Assembly: GCA_963663475.2 (NCBI GenBank)
Contig: CAXXJV010000001.1
Span: forward strand, 1,536,001 to 1,600,000
From: Candidatus Cloacimonadales bacterium
GTDB lineage: Bacteria > Cloacimonadota > Cloacimonadia > Cloacimonadales > JAFGVF01
DNA: 64,000 bases
Reading direction: 5' to 3'
The notes below the pieces were generated by a model. The model ran no database searches. It was not told the DNA's origin and worked only from the letters and a program-made list of their open reading frames with translations. Of the stretch, positions 39,464 through 51,353 are shown in pieces. The first letter of the stretch is position 1. Every line of letters starts with the position of its first letter. The translations under genes and the position numbers were made by a program.

Positions 39464-40359
39464 TGAAGGAAATTCATCCTAAGAGATTAGCTAGAGAGGA
39501 AAGAATTAAGGCTTGGCTAGCAGATAAATCCCATAGTCATAAAAAGGCCCATCCCTTTTCTAAGCTAGTGAAGCTTATTTTTGATGGATTTGGTTTAACT
39601 GCATTAGGCTTTAGGAATACTCAAAGAATTACTAGAAAGCATATTGAAGTTAAAAGTGAGAAAATTGGAAAGGCATTTAATAATTTCAAGATAATGTTTA
39701 TCTCAGATTTTCATCTTAATGGAAACCCACTGTTAATTAAGCCCATCCAGCAGATATTGCAAGAAGAAGAAGTTGATATCTATCTTCTTGGTGGCGATTA
39801 TCAAGTAAATGCTTTTGGAAATTATCAGGTAATAAAATCTCTTTACACTCAATTATTTGCAGTTATTGATACTTCTAAAGTATATGGTGTTTTAGGTAAC
39901 CATGATGAGTATAAGATTGCTGAGATACTTAATGATTTAGGTGTTAATATGCTGATTAATGATTATCTTAAACTCACACGAGAGGATGATTCTTTGATTA
40001 TATCTGGGATTGATGATTCTGACCGCTATCTTTCATATGAATTTCCTAAGCTAAGGGATGAGGCTAATAATTATAAGATTCTTTTAACTCACTCTCCAAA
40101 TGTTTATAAGGAAGCTCAGCAGAAAGGCTATAATCTCCTGCTAGCAGGTCATACTCATTCAGGACAGATTTGCTATCCCGGTGGCATTCCTATTGTAAGA
40201 TTTACTAAGTTTCCTAGAAAATACTCTTATTCTCTTTGGAAATATAGAGATATGCAAGGATATACAACTGCGGGAGTTGGCAATACTTGGGTTAATATTA
40301 GATTCTTCTGTCCTCCAGAAATAGTGGTTATCACCCTGAAGAATATGAAAAACAAATAG
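39463..40359 (+). CDS. Metallophosphoesterase (YkuE-like)
   Basis: SDFH, GGD, GNHD, LTHSP, GHTH. Confidence 0.9.
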   Translation: MKEIHPKRLAREERIKAWLADKSHSHKKAHPFSKLVKLIFDGFGLTALGFRNTQRITRKHIEVKSEKIGKAFNNFKIMFISDFHLNGNPLLIKPIQQILQEEEVDIYLLGGDYQVNAFGNYQVIKSLYTQLFAVIDTSKVYGVLGNHDEYKIAEILNDLGVNMLINDYLKLTREDDSLIISGIDDSDRYLSYEFPKLRDEANNYKILLTHSPNVYKEAQQKGYNLLLAGHTHSGQICYPGGIPIVRFTKFPRKYSYSLWKYRDMQGYTTAGVGNTWVNIRFFCPPEIVVITLKNMKNK

Positions 40360-40461
40360 CAAGAATTTTTGCTTGAGATTAAAGAAATAAAATTAATAAT
40401 AAATTTCTTGCATTATTTATTCTATATCTTAAAATGAATAATCAAATATGATAACAAGGAT

Positions 40462-42939
40462 ATGAAAATGAATAAAGATGAATCAATATTTTTTTCTGAT
40501 CAAATAGAACACAAACATAAAAGTCTAAGAGATAGATTTTATTATCACTTAGAATATACTATGATTAAAGATAAAACAACAATTAATGCTAGGGATATTT
40601 ACCAAGCTCTTGCCCTGACTATTAAGGAAAACTTAATTGAGAAGTGGTTAAGAACGGATTATGAATACCACAAAAGTAACAGCAAAATGGTTAACTATCT
40701 ATCAATGGAGTTTTTAGTTGGACGTTTAATGATAGACTCCTTAAATAGCATGGGAATACTAGACCAAGTTAGGGATCTTGTAAAAGAACTTAACTATTCT
40801 TTAAGTGATATTGAAGAGCTAGAGCCTGATATGGGTTTAGGTTCAGGAGGTTTAGGTAGATTAGCAGCTTGCTTTATGGATTCCTTGGCAACCCATAATT
40901 ATCCTGCTATGGGCTATGGAATCAGATATGAATTTGGTATTTTTAAACAGCTAGTAAGGCAAGGTTATCAAGTTGAAGAACCAGATAACTGGTTAAGAAA
41001 TGGAAATCCTTGGGAGATTAAAAGGCCAGAGATTACCTACCGAGTAAAGTTTGGTGGTAGGGTAGAACATTTTGAAAGAGAAGATGGCAAGACCTTATAT
41101 TACTGGGTTGATACTGAAGATATTATGGCTGTGGCTTGGGATATACCAGTCTTAGGATATCATACAAATAATGTCAATACTCTCAGGTTGTGGCAGGCTC
41201 AAGCTACTGATGATTTCGATTTTGACTACTTTAATACTGGTGATTATATCAAGGCGGTAGAAAAGAAGAATATTTCAGAAAATATATCCAAAGTTCTTTA
41301 TCCTAATGATAATTTCCACTTAGGAAAAGTCTTAAGACTAAAACAAGAATATTTCTTTGTTTCAGCAACCCTCCAGGATATTTTTACTAATTTCAAGAAA
41401 CATTGCCGAGATTTTTCACAGTTACCAGAAAAAGTTGCTATTCAGTTGAATGACACCCATCCTGCTTTAGCTATTCCTGAATTAATGAGAATCTTAATTG
41501 ACCAAGAAAGATTAGAATGGGATAAGGCATGGGCTATTACCAAGCAAACAATTGCTTACACAAATCATACTGTTCTTCCTGAAGCTTTAGAAAAATGGAA
41601 CTATGATCTTATGAAGGAACTTCTTCCTCGTCATTTGCAAATTATCCAAGAAATCAACCTGCATTTACTTAACAGAGTAAACAAACTCTATCCTGGTAAC
41701 ATCTACAAGTTGAAGGTTATGTCTATTATAGAAGAAGGACAGCCTAAACACGTTAGAATGGCTAACCTTTGTATTGAAGGTTCTTACTCTGTGAATGGTG
41801 TTGCTAAGTTACACTCTCAGATAATTAAAGAGAAGATATTTAAAGATTTTTATGAGATTTATCCTGAAAAATTTAATAATAAAACTAATGGCATTACTCA
41901 AAGGAGATGGCTAGATTCTTGTAATAAACACTTAGCCCAATATATCACTTCTTTGATAGGAGAGGACTGGAAAAAAGATCTCTATGAACTAAAGAAGTTA
42001 GAAGAATTTTATGATAATCATCAAGTACTCCAACAGATTCAAGAACATAAGTTAATCAATAAGAAGAGATTAACTAAGAAGATATATAAGCTAACAGGTG
42101 TTAGAGTTAATCCTCAATCTCTGTTTGATGTTCAAGTTAAAAGACTCCATGAATATAAAAGACAACTCTTAAATATTCTGCACATAATCTATCTTTATAA
42201 TCAAATTAAAGATAACCCTGATGCAGATTGGACTCCACGTACAATCATTTTTTCTGGAAAAGCAGCTCCAAGTTACTATGTTGCCAAGAATATCATTAAA
42301 CTAATTAATGCTGTGGGTGTTAAAATTAATTCTGACTTAAAAATCAGAGACCTCTTAAAAGTAGTCTTTATCCCCAACTACTCCGTATCCTTAGCAGAGA
42401 TAATTATCCCTGCTGCAGATTTATCAGAACAAATATCTACAGCTGGTTTTGAAGCCTCAGGTACTGGGAATATGAAATTTGCCTTAAATGGTGCTTTAAC
42501 TGTTGGAACCCTGGATGGTGCTAATGTGGAAATGCTAGAAGAATTTGGTCATGAAAATATGTATATTTTCGGACTTAAAGCTGAAGATGTTGTGAGAATG
42601 AAGAATGAAGGCTATAATCCTATAGACTTCTATAACTCTAATCCAGACTTAAAAAGAGTTATTGATATGATAAAAAATGATTACTTTAACCCAACAGAAC
42701 CAGGTATCTTCCAACCTATTCTAGATACTCTACTTAAGAATGGAGATTATTTTATGGTCTTGGAAGACTTTAACTCTTACTGTCAAATTAATGATACTAT
42801 CTCCAATGATTTTAAGAATCAAAAGCTATGGTATAACAAGGTCTTAATGAATATTGCGAGGTCTGGTAAATTCTCTTCTGATAGAACTATTCACCAGTAT
42901 GCTCATGATATCTGGAATATTCAACCTTTCAAGGTTTAA
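40462..42939 (+). CDS. glgP: Glycogen/alpha-glucan phosphorylase
   Basis: GGLGRLAACF, QLNDTHP, EASGTGNMKF (PLP lysine). Confidence 0.96.
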   Translation: MKMNKDESIFFSDQIEHKHKSLRDRFYYHLEYTMIKDKTTINARDIYQALALTIKENLIEKWLRTDYEYHKSNSKMVNYLSMEFLVGRLMIDSLNSMGILDQVRDLVKELNYSLSDIEELEPDMGLGSGGLGRLAACFMDSLATHNYPAMGYGIRYEFGIFKQLVRQGYQVEEPDNWLRNGNPWEIKRPEITYRVKFGGRVEHFEREDGKTLYYWVDTEDIMAVAWDIPVLGYHTNNVNTLRLWQAQATDDFDFDYFNTGDYIKAVEKKNISENISKVLYPNDNFHLGKVLRLKQEYFFVSATLQDIFTNFKKHCRDFSQLPEKVAIQLNDTHPALAIPELMRILIDQERLEWDKAWAITKQTIAYTNHTVLPEALEKWNYDLMKELLPRHLQIIQEINLHLLNRVNKLYPGNIYKLKVMSIIEEGQPKHVRMANLCIEGSYSVNGVAKLHSQIIKEKIFKDFYEIYPEKFNNKTNGITQRRWLDSCNKHLAQYITSLIGEDWKKDLYELKKLEEFYDNHQVLQQIQEHKLINKKRLTKKIYKLTGVRVNPQSLFDVQVKRLHEYKRQLLNILHIIYLYNQIKDNPDADWTPRTIIFSGKAAPSYYVAKNIIKLINAVGVKINSDLKIRDLLKVVFIPNYSVSLAEIIIPAADLSEQISTAGFEASGTGNMKFALNGALTVGTLDGANVEMLEEFGHENMYIFGLKAEDVVRMKNEGYNPIDFYNSNPDLKRVIDMIKNDYFNPTEPGIFQPILDTLLKNGDYFMVLEDFNSYCQINDTISNDFKNQKLWYNKVLMNIARSGKFSSDRTIHQYAHDIWNIQPFKV

Positions 42940-43006
42940 CCCTAAAAATGCAGTAGATCTTAGAGAATTTGTACTGTTCTCAAAAGCTCTACTGCACCAT
43001 TAGGGA
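42939..43006. repeat. Short GTAG-REP doublet directly at the glgP stop codon
   Basis: CCCTAAAAATGCAGTAGATCTTAGAGAA...TTCTCAAAAGCTCTACTGCACCATTAGGG. Confidence 0.8.
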
Positions 43007-43077
43007 TAAATGAAATATTGTAAATTTCTTATAATATTTCTACTAGACTTGAACTTAGGCTAAATATTCATAAGTAT

Positions 43078-43452
43078 CTATTCAGTAGCTAAAATCATTT
43101 CTAGAGTCTCTAATAGAGTATCTTGAGAAATTGGTTTAGTTAAGTAATAATCACATCCAGCATTCAAAGCAATAATCTTTTCTTCTGGATAGGCATAGGC
43201 TGTTAAGGCAATAATTGGTTTCTTAAAATCAAGTTTTCTAATCTCGCTGGTAGCTTCAATACCATCAATTAAAGGCATTTTTATATCCATCAAGATGGCA
43301 TCTATCCTATCTGCATCGTGTTTTATTGCTTCAATGGCTTCTGCTCCATTCTCAGCATGAACTACATCATAACGTCTTGAAATGTAAGCCTGAACTAAAG
43401 TGAAATTATCAGGTTGGTCTTCTGCAACCAATATTACTTTCTTGTGTTTCAT
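43078..43452 (-). CDS. Single-domain response regulator
   Basis: VAEDQ, LMDIKMP, ALTA, TKP. Confidence 0.9.
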   Translation of the reverse strand: MKHKKVILVAEDQPDNFTLVQAYISRRYDVVHAENGAEAIEAIKHDADRIDAILMDIKMPLIDGIEATSEIRKLDFKKPIIALTAYAYPEEKIIALNAGCDYYLTKPISQDTLLETLEMILATE

Positions 43453-45050
43453 TTATTATCTCCTTGATTAATATCTCTGTAAGCTATTTCAAAATAAAAT
43501 GTTGCTCCCTTGCCAAGCTCAGATTCTAGGTAAATTTTACCTCCTAACATCTCACTAAGAGCTCTACAAATAGATAGCCCTAGACCTGAACCTGCTATCA
43601 GGGTATCTAGTTTAAAAAATCTATCAAAAATTACTTCATGATTTTTAGGGTCAATTCCAAGACCAGGGTCGCTGACAAATAAGGTAATTGTGTTTTTATC
43701 ATATTTTTTTATGCCAAAATTGATATCCCCATATTTAGTGAATTTAAGGGCATTTGTTAAAAAGTTTGTGAGAATTTGATTTACCTTACTCTCATCTGTA
43801 TTTATCAAAAACTTGTCTAAACCTTGAGTTTCCAATCGCAAACGAAGGTCTCTTGAATTAGCATCTTTAAAATTATTAGCTAAATTTCTAAGCAAAGTGA
43901 TTAAATCTAACTCCTCAAAATGTAATAGAACGCTGTTAGACTCAATTAAAGCGAAGGTTAAAATGTTTTCAATTATGTTCAATAGATAAAGATTATTAGT
44001 ATTAATTATATAGGAATATTCTGTAACCAGTGAAGGCTTTTTCACATCTCTTAACAAATTAGAAAAACCCACGATTGAGTTTAGAGGTGTTCGAATTTCA
44101 TGACTTACATGAGCTAGAAAGGCAGATTTTAACCGGTCACTTTCTTCAGCTTTATTTTTTGCTGTTTCCAATTCCTTCATCTTACTTGAAAGTAGCTTGT
44201 TTAACTCTTCCAATTCTTTATTTTTCCTAGCTAAAGATTTCTGATATTCAACAATACTTGTAACATCACTTATAATACAAACAACCCCAATTACATTACC
44301 TTCACTATCATAATTAGGTGAATATACCTCTCTAGTATAGCCAGAGACTTTTGTAATAGGATTTACGAATTCTACAGATTCTAGAGTAACAACCTCTCCC
44401 TTTAAAGCTCTTTTTAAACCCTCTGTTACATCTGAGTAGGTGCCTTGACTGAAGATCTCAGTAGTTTTCTTTCCCAGTATTTGGCTAGCTTTCATGCCAG
44501 TTGTTTTAGCCATGAAATTGTTCCAAACAGTATATCGTAAATCTTTGTCATATACGATTATACCCTCAGAAGCATTTTTAATCAAGTTCTGATTAAAAAT
44601 TAAAGCATCTTTTAACTGCTTGTTAACTGTTAGATGCTCATTCTCCAACTGAATTAAGTCTGTATTATCATAAATTACTGAAAATATATAAGATTCTTCA
44701 TCAATCACAATCTTACTACTATGGACTCTTACAGTCTTAATACTATCATCTGCTAATTTATGATTAAAAATATAATTCCCTTTTGTATCAGCTAGAACCT
44801 GTCCCATTCTTTCTAAAATCTCTTCCTGACTCATGATATTAATTTCAAAAATAGTCATTCCCAGAAGTTTATCTTTGGGATATTTGTAGAAATCAACAGC
44901 TGATTTGTTAGCTGCTAAAATCCTACCAGTCTCAGGATCTACAAGCATCATGATAGTTAAATTATTTTCAAAAATATGCTTACACTCTTCTCGCAAAAGA
45001 GGAGAACTTGCTTTTTCTACTTGTTTCACAAGTTTTACAGGATTACTCAT
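43449..45050 (-). CDS. PAS-PAS sensor histidine kinase
   Basis: [10 protein letters not shown]-box; N, D and G boxes. Confidence 0.92.
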   Translation of the reverse strand: MSNPVKLVKQVEKASSPLLREECKHIFENNLTIMMLVDPETGRILAANKSAVDFYKYPKDKLLGMTIFEINIMSQEEILERMGQVLADTKGNYIFNHKLADDSIKTVRVHSSKIVIDEESYIFSVIYDNTDLIQLENEHLTVNKQLKDALIFNQNLIKNASEGIIVYDKDLRYTVWNNFMAKTTGMKASQILGKKTTEIFSQGTYSDVTEGLKRALKGEVVTLESVEFVNPITKVSGYTREVYSPNYDSEGNVIGVVCIISDVTSIVEYQKSLARKNKELEELNKLLSSKMKELETAKNKAEESDRLKSAFLAHVSHEIRTPLNSIVGFSNLLRDVKKPSLVTEYSYIINTNNLYLLNIIENILTFALIESNSVLLHFEELDLITLLRNLANNFKDANSRDLRLRLETQGLDKFLINTDESKVNQILTNFLTNALKFTKYGDINFGIKKYDKNTITLFVSDPGLGIDPKNHEVIFDRFFKLDTLIAGSGLGLSICRALSEMLGGKIYLESELGKGATFYFEIAYRDINQGDNK

Positions 45051-48000
45051 CTAGATTCCTCTGTTAGATATTTTTTAATAATTTTGATTAAGTCATTTTT
45101 AATTATTGGTTTTGATAGGAAATCATCCATGCCTGCAGTCAGACATTTTTCTCGATCTTCAGCAATAGCATTAGCTGTAAGTGCTATAATAGGTATCCGC
45201 TTATGAACCTGCTTCTCTCTAATCAAACCTGTAGCAGTATATCCATCCATTTCTGGCATTGTAATGTCCATAAATATTATATCAATATCATTGTTTAAAT
45301 ATGTATCTAAAGCAATTTTACCATTCTTAGCTTTAAAAATAAGAGCATTAGGAATAAGTCTATTTAAGATAATAGTTATAAGTTTCATGTTTAAATCATT
45401 ATCTTCTGCTATCAGAATTCTGGGTGCTTGTGATAAATTTATGACTTGATTGTTGTTATTCTTCATTTTCTCAAATGTTTTCTTCCGTAAATATATCCTA
45501 TCCTCTACTTTTAAAAGACATGCATAGAGGTCAGTTTGCTTTACAGGTTTGGAAATTCTAAAACTTAAATCAAGTTCTTCAGAAATACTTTTAATTAGTC
45601 TATCATCCTCTGAACTATAGAGAAGAATAATTGCTTGCTTATCTTGAGTTAATTTAAGCTCATCTCTGATAATCTTTATCGTGTCTAGACCATTCATTTC
45701 AGGCATTAAATAATCAATAATTATCGTGTCATATCTCTGACCATTCTTAAGTAGTCTGATAGCCTCAATACCACTATTAATACAGGTTGCATTGATATTC
45801 CAACTTTCAAGTATGTCTTTTAAAATCTTTAAATTCTGTTGATTATCATCAACACATAAAATATTTTTAATGTCTGAAATACTATCAACAGAGAACTTCT
45901 TTCCTTCCTGGTACTCAACCTTAAAAGAAAAATTAAAACTTGAGCCATGATTATATTCACTTTCAAATTTAATCTCTCCTCCCATCATATTGATAAGATT
46001 ATTAGAGATAATTAATCCTAAACCAGTTCCTCCAAATTTCCTAGTGGTAGAAGTATCAGCTTGGGAAAAAGCTTGGAATAGTTTTTCTCTTTGCTTGTCA
46101 GAAATACCTATACCAGTATCACTTACTTGGACAGAAAGAATACCCTCAGAGTTGGATAGCCTTTCAAATCCTACCTTTAATCTAACCTCACCTTCACTAG
46201 TGAACTTTACAGCATTAGAAAGAAGATTGATTATAACTTGCTTTAAACGAATTGAATCTATAACTAAGAATCGAGGTAAATCAGGCGAGATATCTACTAA
46301 AAACTCAAGTCCCTTCTTAGCAGTATTAAATTTTATGATATCTTCTGTTTGCTCAATAAGCTCAATGATGTCGGTTTTTAGAGTATCTAACTCCAACTTA
46401 CCTGCTTCAATTTTAGAAAAATCTAAAATATCATTGATAATATCCAAGAGCGATTGAGCAGATGTCTTTGTGTTATTGGCATACTCCTTCTGAGTAGGAG
46501 TTAAATCTGTTGTTAGAAGTAATTCACTAAAACCAATTACCCCATTAAGAGGAGTCCTAATCTCATGGCTCATATTGGCCAGGAACTGTGATTTAGCTTT
46601 GCTAGCATTAAAGGCTTTCTGAGCATATTCTTCAGCCATTTTACTTTTAGTGCGTAACTGCTCAGTTGTATTCAATAGGTTCATTTCACTTTCAATTCTT
46701 GACATAATATTTACATATATCTGAACAAAGAAATCTAGTAATTCCTTATCCATCTCAGAAAAACTAGTATGCTTTCTTACAAAATCCACCCCTACAAAAC
46801 CTAAACACTTGTCTTCAGAGAAAATGGGACTTGTGATAATACTCAAAATTCCTTGAGGTTGGAGAATTTCTCTAACTGATTTATCCTCGTAGTTATCTAC
46901 ATCTTCAATTGCTAATGATCTTTTCTGGAGGTGAACATCTACCCAGTTAGGAGCCAGTGAGAAAGGAATATTTTGAAGATTTTTAATTTCTGGTGAAGTA
47001 CCATCACTGCACCATTCAAAAGTATTAGACATTTCTTCTTTATCTAAATCATAATCAAATATGTAAGCTCTGTCTCCATCAAAAAATTCACCAATTTCCC
47101 CTAATACTTGATTGATTGCTTGGTTGATATCTTCTGTATCTATATTGATTAGGTTGGTGGAAAAATCCCTCAGAATGCTCTGAAGTTTATAGTAATACTG
47201 AAGTTTCTTTTGGTAATTCTTCTGCTGGGTAATATCTATCATGAAAGTCAAGTAATACTTCTTACCATTAGTTTCAAAAATCTCCCCAGAAAGAAGTCCT
47301 GTTATGGGGTTTGATACATGACTCTTTACTTTTATCTCTACATCTCTGATAAGACCATACTTAGATATTAGGCTAGCTATGCTTCCTCTTTCATTATTAT
47401 ATACTATTTCTCTATCTAAGAAATTATTATAATAACCTATGAAATTTTCCTTTTTCATATTAAAAAGATTTAAGAATGCTGAATTTAAATCAACAAATTT
47501 TTTATCTTCAAAGGAGCTGAGGGCTATAAGAGTGAAATTATTATTAAACAACCTATTATATTTATCTAAATCAATAGCTTGCTGTCTTTCATAATCAATC
47601 CGCTTTGTTATATCTCTGGCTGCAGCATATATGTGGCCATCAATAGTATTAGATCTCCATTCAATATAACGATAAGTACCATCAATAGTCCTGTAACGAT
47701 TAACAAAATTTGTAACATCTTTATGATTTTCTAAGTCTGTTACCTTATCTAATGTTGCTTGAATATCATCAGGATGGATAAATTCCAGAAACTTATGGTT
47801 AAGAAGATATTCTCTAGAATAACCTAAAATAGATTCCCAACTCTTGTTTACCTTAATAAAGTTCCCCTCTAAATCAGCTATACAAAGCAAATCAAGATTA
47901 ATATCAAAGAAGTTTGCTAAATCTATGGTTTCATTATTGCATGTTGAATCTAAGGAGATAGTAAGAATTAGATATTGATCTTTAGAACAATAGGCTGTTA

Positions 48001-48301
48001 ATAAATATCTCTGATGATTAATTGTTATTGGCCTATTTATTATGCTTTTGGTAAAATCTTTGGCAAGATCTTGAAATAAGAAACCTAGCTCTTGGTAGTC
48101 TTCTAAAAATAACTTGTTTACAGTATCAAAAGGTTGATTGATAACCTCCTGTTTACTCAAACTAGTATAAGTTAGAAAAATCTTATTTACTTCAATGTAA
48201 GATAGTTCTTTATTTTCATTTATCGCATCTGTTGAGACTTTTAGTAAAGCATAAGCAAATGGAGCCTCTTTCATAATATCGCCTATTGTCGAGTGTTGCA
48301 T
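45047..48301 (-). CDS. Hybrid PAS/GAF histidine kinase with two receiver domains
   Basis: [18 protein letters not shown], two REC domains; AGGAG RBS before ATG 48301. Confidence 0.92.
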   Translation of the reverse strand: MQHSTIGDIMKEAPFAYALLKVSTDAINENKELSYIEVNKIFLTYTSLSKQEVINQPFDTVNKLFLEDYQELGFLFQDLAKDFTKSIINRPITINHQRYLLTAYCSKDQYLILTISLDSTCNNETIDLANFFDINLDLLCIADLEGNFIKVNKSWESILGYSREYLLNHKFLEFIHPDDIQATLDKVTDLENHKDVTNFVNRYRTIDGTYRYIEWRSNTIDGHIYAAARDITKRIDYERQQAIDLDKYNRLFNNNFTLIALSSFEDKKFVDLNSAFLNLFNMKKENFIGYYNNFLDREIVYNNERGSIASLISKYGLIRDVEIKVKSHVSNPITGLLSGEIFETNGKKYYLTFMIDITQQKNYQKKLQYYYKLQSILRDFSTNLINIDTEDINQAINQVLGEIGEFFDGDRAYIFDYDLDKEEMSNTFEWCSDGTSPEIKNLQNIPFSLAPNWVDVHLQKRSLAIEDVDNYEDKSVREILQPQGILSIITSPIFSEDKCLGFVGVDFVRKHTSFSEMDKELLDFFVQIYVNIMSRIESEMNLLNTTEQLRTKSKMAEEYAQKAFNASKAKSQFLANMSHEIRTPLNGVIGFSELLLTTDLTPTQKEYANNTKTSAQSLLDIINDILDFSKIEAGKLELDTLKTDIIELIEQTEDIIKFNTAKKGLEFLVDISPDLPRFLVIDSIRLKQVIINLLSNAVKFTSEGEVRLKVGFERLSNSEGILSVQVSDTGIGISDKQREKLFQAFSQADTSTTRKFGGTGLGLIISNNLINMMGGEIKFESEYNHGSSFNFSFKVEYQEGKKFSVDSISDIKNILCVDDNQQNLKILKDILESWNINATCINSGIEAIRLLKNGQRYDTIIIDYLMPEMNGLDTIKIIRDELKLTQDKQAIILLYSSEDDRLIKSISEELDLSFRISKPVKQTDLYACLLKVEDRIYLRKKTFEKMKNNNNQVINLSQAPRILIAEDNDLNMKLITIILNRLIPNALIFKAKNGKIALDTYLNNDIDIIFMDITMPEMDGYTATGLIREKQVHKRIPIIALTANAIAEDREKCLTAGMDDFLSKPIIKNDLIKIIKKYLTEESR

Positions 48302-48482
48302 TAAATTTCTCCTAATCAATATCAAACAAATTATACTTGTCTTCTCTTAAGTGTCAATATATTTCTTAAGAAAATAATTAGTTTTATTCTTAGTCTAGAA
48401 TCTTAAGAAAAAGGTTGACATGCACTGTTTTTATAATTTTTTTTAACCTTAGAGACAGTAATCTCTAGTAAAAGGGGGATAA

Positions 48483-51335
48483 ATGTTAAAAGAAAAGTTA
48501 ATAATTACCGATGTTGGCTCTACAACAACTAAGGCAATTTACTTGAAAATGGAAGCAAATGAATATAAATTACAAGGCTTAACTAATGCTATAACAACTG
48601 TAGAAAGTCCTTATGAAGATGTAAATATTGGTGTGTACCAAGCAATCAAAGCTCTGGAAAATGCCAGTAATGAACTTTTTTTAAGCCCTGAAGCAAACGA
48701 ACACAAACTGATCTTTTTACCTAATGTATCTTACCTAACAAGCTCTTCAGCTGGAGGAGGTTTACAAATCTTAGTAGTAGGTTTGACTCTCTTTGACTCT
48801 GCTAAATCTGCAGAAAGAGCAGCCTATGGAGCTGGAGGAGTTCTCTTAAATACACTTGCTATAAATGACAAAAGAACAACTTATGAACAAATGCAGATTA
48901 TAAATAATTCTCACCCAGATATTATTCTTTTTTCAGGCGGTACTGATTATGGAGCTTATACTGGAGTGATAAGAATGGCAGAAGTACTGGCCTTTGGTAA
49001 ACCATCTCCTAAATTTGCCACAGAAAAGAATATTCCCTTAATTTATGCAGGAAATGTTCAGGCACAATCTTTTATGAAATCTCTTTTTAGTGATGATTTT
49101 GCTCTTACAGTTCTACCTAACATTAGACCAAGTATGGAGAGAGAAGAGTTAGATGAGATTACTGAGAAAATTCATGAGCTATTCTTAAATAGTGTTATGG
49201 AAGATGCACCTGGCTATGCCCAATTAAAAGTGCAAGTTGATGGAGATATTTTACCTACCCCTTTAGCTGTTTTAAAAATGATGGAAATTCTTAGTGAAGA
49301 GTTTAATGAATCAATGCTTAAGGTTGATATTGGTGGAGCAACTACAGATATATTCTCAGTCATTAATGGATCTTTATATAGGACTGTAAGTGCTAATTAT
49401 GGTATGAGTTATTCAATTTCTAATGTAATTGCTAATGCAGGATATGAAGAATTAAAGAAGCTATTACCCCCTAGTTTTAGTGAAAAACTTGTTCGAGATT
49501 ATATCGGTAATAAGATGTTAAACCCAGGATATGTACCCGATAATGAAATTGAGATAGCTATAGAGCAAGCCATAGCTATTATTGCCTTAAGATTATCTTT
49601 GCTGCAACACTATGATATGCATTTGAACACCAGTAAAATTGGTTTTTTAGAACATGTAAAATCAGTATTTAGAGATCCTTTCTATGACCAAATGTACCAA
49701 GAGAAAGTTGCTGAAGAAAATAAATTTCATCATTCTGATATTAAAATTGTGATAGGGGCAGGGGGAGTAATATCTCATGTAGATAAGCCTCTGCAGGCCC
49801 TCTATATATTGATGCAAGGTTTCCAAGTAGAAGGAATTACTCATATTTGGAGAGATAAACATTTCATCTCGCCTCACTTAGGAGTCTTAAGCCAACTTGA
49901 TAAAATGCAAGTGAAAAAACTCATGTTTAGTGAATGTTATGAGAAACTAGGAACAGTGATTAATCCCTTAATTACTAGCAAAAAAACAGTTAGGAAGGTA
50001 ATGACAATTGAAGTAGGAAAACAAGTCTATAACTTCAATATAAATCAAGTCAAACTAATTAAGATTGATAAAAATACTCTTGTTAAAGTTAAACTACATT
50101 CAGGAGCCTTAATCAAAGATCTTGATAAAGATTATACCTTTGAAACAGATAAAGCTATCATTATCACTACCTACCCCAATAAAGAAATAGATAATATGCA
50201 TTTGATTAAAGAACTTGAACTCTACAAGAATGATTTAAATATTCCTCTTGCTGAGTTAGAATCTCAGAGAAAGTATACTAGTGGAGGACCATATTTCCAT
50301 AAAACAGGACCTTTCATAAAAGAAATTAATTTACCTTATGAGGGAGAAATCCTTTGTCATGAAAATGATATTTTAAAGCCAAACACCGTTTATGGATTTA
50401 ATAATCATGCTTTCCCAAAATTATACATAGTGAGTTTAGCTAAACTCTTAGGTAAAGCTTATAAGAATACCAATATTGCCAGAGATTTACTAGTAAAAGT
50501 TGGTGATTTAGTTAAGTTTGATCAAAAATTAATAGGAAGAGCCCATTCTCCAGTAAGAGGCATTGTTAAAGTAATTAACTATAAATCAGGCTCTATAGTA
50601 ATTAGAGAACATCAAGATTACCATGAAAGAGCTATTATTCATCCAGTAGCTAAAATGCTTAATATGAAGGTTTGGAAAGCAAGGTCTAGAATCAAAGTAA
50701 AAGAAGGTGAATTTGTCTTTCAAGACCAGTGTTTAGTTAATTTAAATATGGATCATGATCCTATAGTTGTAAGGGCTAAAAACACAGGTTATGTTACCAA
50801 AATAGATAATGAAACAGCTGAAGTAACAATCCAATATAAAAAGCACCCCATAAACTATCATGCCAAGCTAAACTGTAAAGTATTGCAAGTAAATGACAAA
50901 ATAGGAGTAAAAATCCAGTATGATGCTATAGAATACCAAGGAATAATTGGTTTTGGAAGCATTACCTTTGGAGATCTAGTATTTTTAAATAAATTACAAG
51001 AAGATACAGATATATCAGGGAAAATTTTAGTTTTAGCAGATATTATTAATTATGAAGATTTAAAGAAATTAGAAAATCTTAAGATTTCTGGCTTAATTAT
51101 TGCAGGAATAGAAATGAAAGATTTAGTAGAGTTTATCGGACGTGAGATAGGGGTAGCCTTAACTGGTAATGAAAGTATTCCTTACTCAATAATTATTATG
51201 AATGGTTTTGGTAAATTCTCTTTTGATCCAGAATTTATTAAGACAGTTAAAAAGAATGAAGGAAGAAATTGTTTGTTAAATCCTACTACGCAAGTCAGAG
51301 CGGGTGTTACCCGACCGAAAGTAATAATTAACTAA
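48483..51335 (+). CDS. GlmL (glutamate mutase L)-like ASKHA ATPase fused to barrel-hybrid repeats
   Basis: TDVGSTTTKA, SSSAGGGL, VDIGGATTD; C-terminal VKVGDLV/HSPVRG repeats and TQVRAGVTRP. Confidence 0.75.
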   Translation: MLKEKLIITDVGSTTTKAIYLKMEANEYKLQGLTNAITTVESPYEDVNIGVYQAIKALENASNELFLSPEANEHKLIFLPNVSYLTSSSAGGGLQILVVGLTLFDSAKSAERAAYGAGGVLLNTLAINDKRTTYEQMQIINNSHPDIILFSGGTDYGAYTGVIRMAEVLAFGKPSPKFATEKNIPLIYAGNVQAQSFMKSLFSDDFALTVLPNIRPSMEREELDEITEKIHELFLNSVMEDAPGYAQLKVQVDGDILPTPLAVLKMMEILSEEFNESMLKVDIGGATTDIFSVINGSLYRTVSANYGMSYSISNVIANAGYEELKKLLPPSFSEKLVRDYIGNKMLNPGYVPDNEIEIAIEQAIAIIALRLSLLQHYDMHLNTSKIGFLEHVKSVFRDPFYDQMYQEKVAEENKFHHSDIKIVIGAGGVISHVDKPLQALYILMQGFQVEGITHIWRDKHFISPHLGVLSQLDKMQVKKLMFSECYEKLGTVINPLITSKKTVRKVMTIEVGKQVYNFNINQVKLIKIDKNTLVKVKLHSGALIKDLDKDYTFETDKAIIITTYPNKEIDNMHLIKELELYKNDLNIPLAELESQRKYTSGGPYFHKTGPFIKEINLPYEGEILCHENDILKPNTVYGFNNHAFPKLYIVSLAKLLGKAYKNTNIARDLLVKVGDLVKFDQKLIGRAHSPVRGIVKVINYKSGSIVIREHQDYHERAIIHPVAKMLNMKVWKARSRIKVKEGEFVFQDQCLVNLNMDHDPIVVRAKNTGYVTKIDNETAEVTIQYKKHPINYHAKLNCKVLQVNDKIGVKIQYDAIEYQGIIGFGSITFGDLVFLNKLQEDTDISGKILVLADIINYEDLKKLENLKISGLIIAGIEMKDLVEFIGREIGVALTGNESIPYSIIIMNGFGKFSFDPEFIKTVKKNEGRNCLLNPTTQVRAGVTRPKVIIN

Positions 51336-51353
51336 GTATAAAGGTATTAAAAT

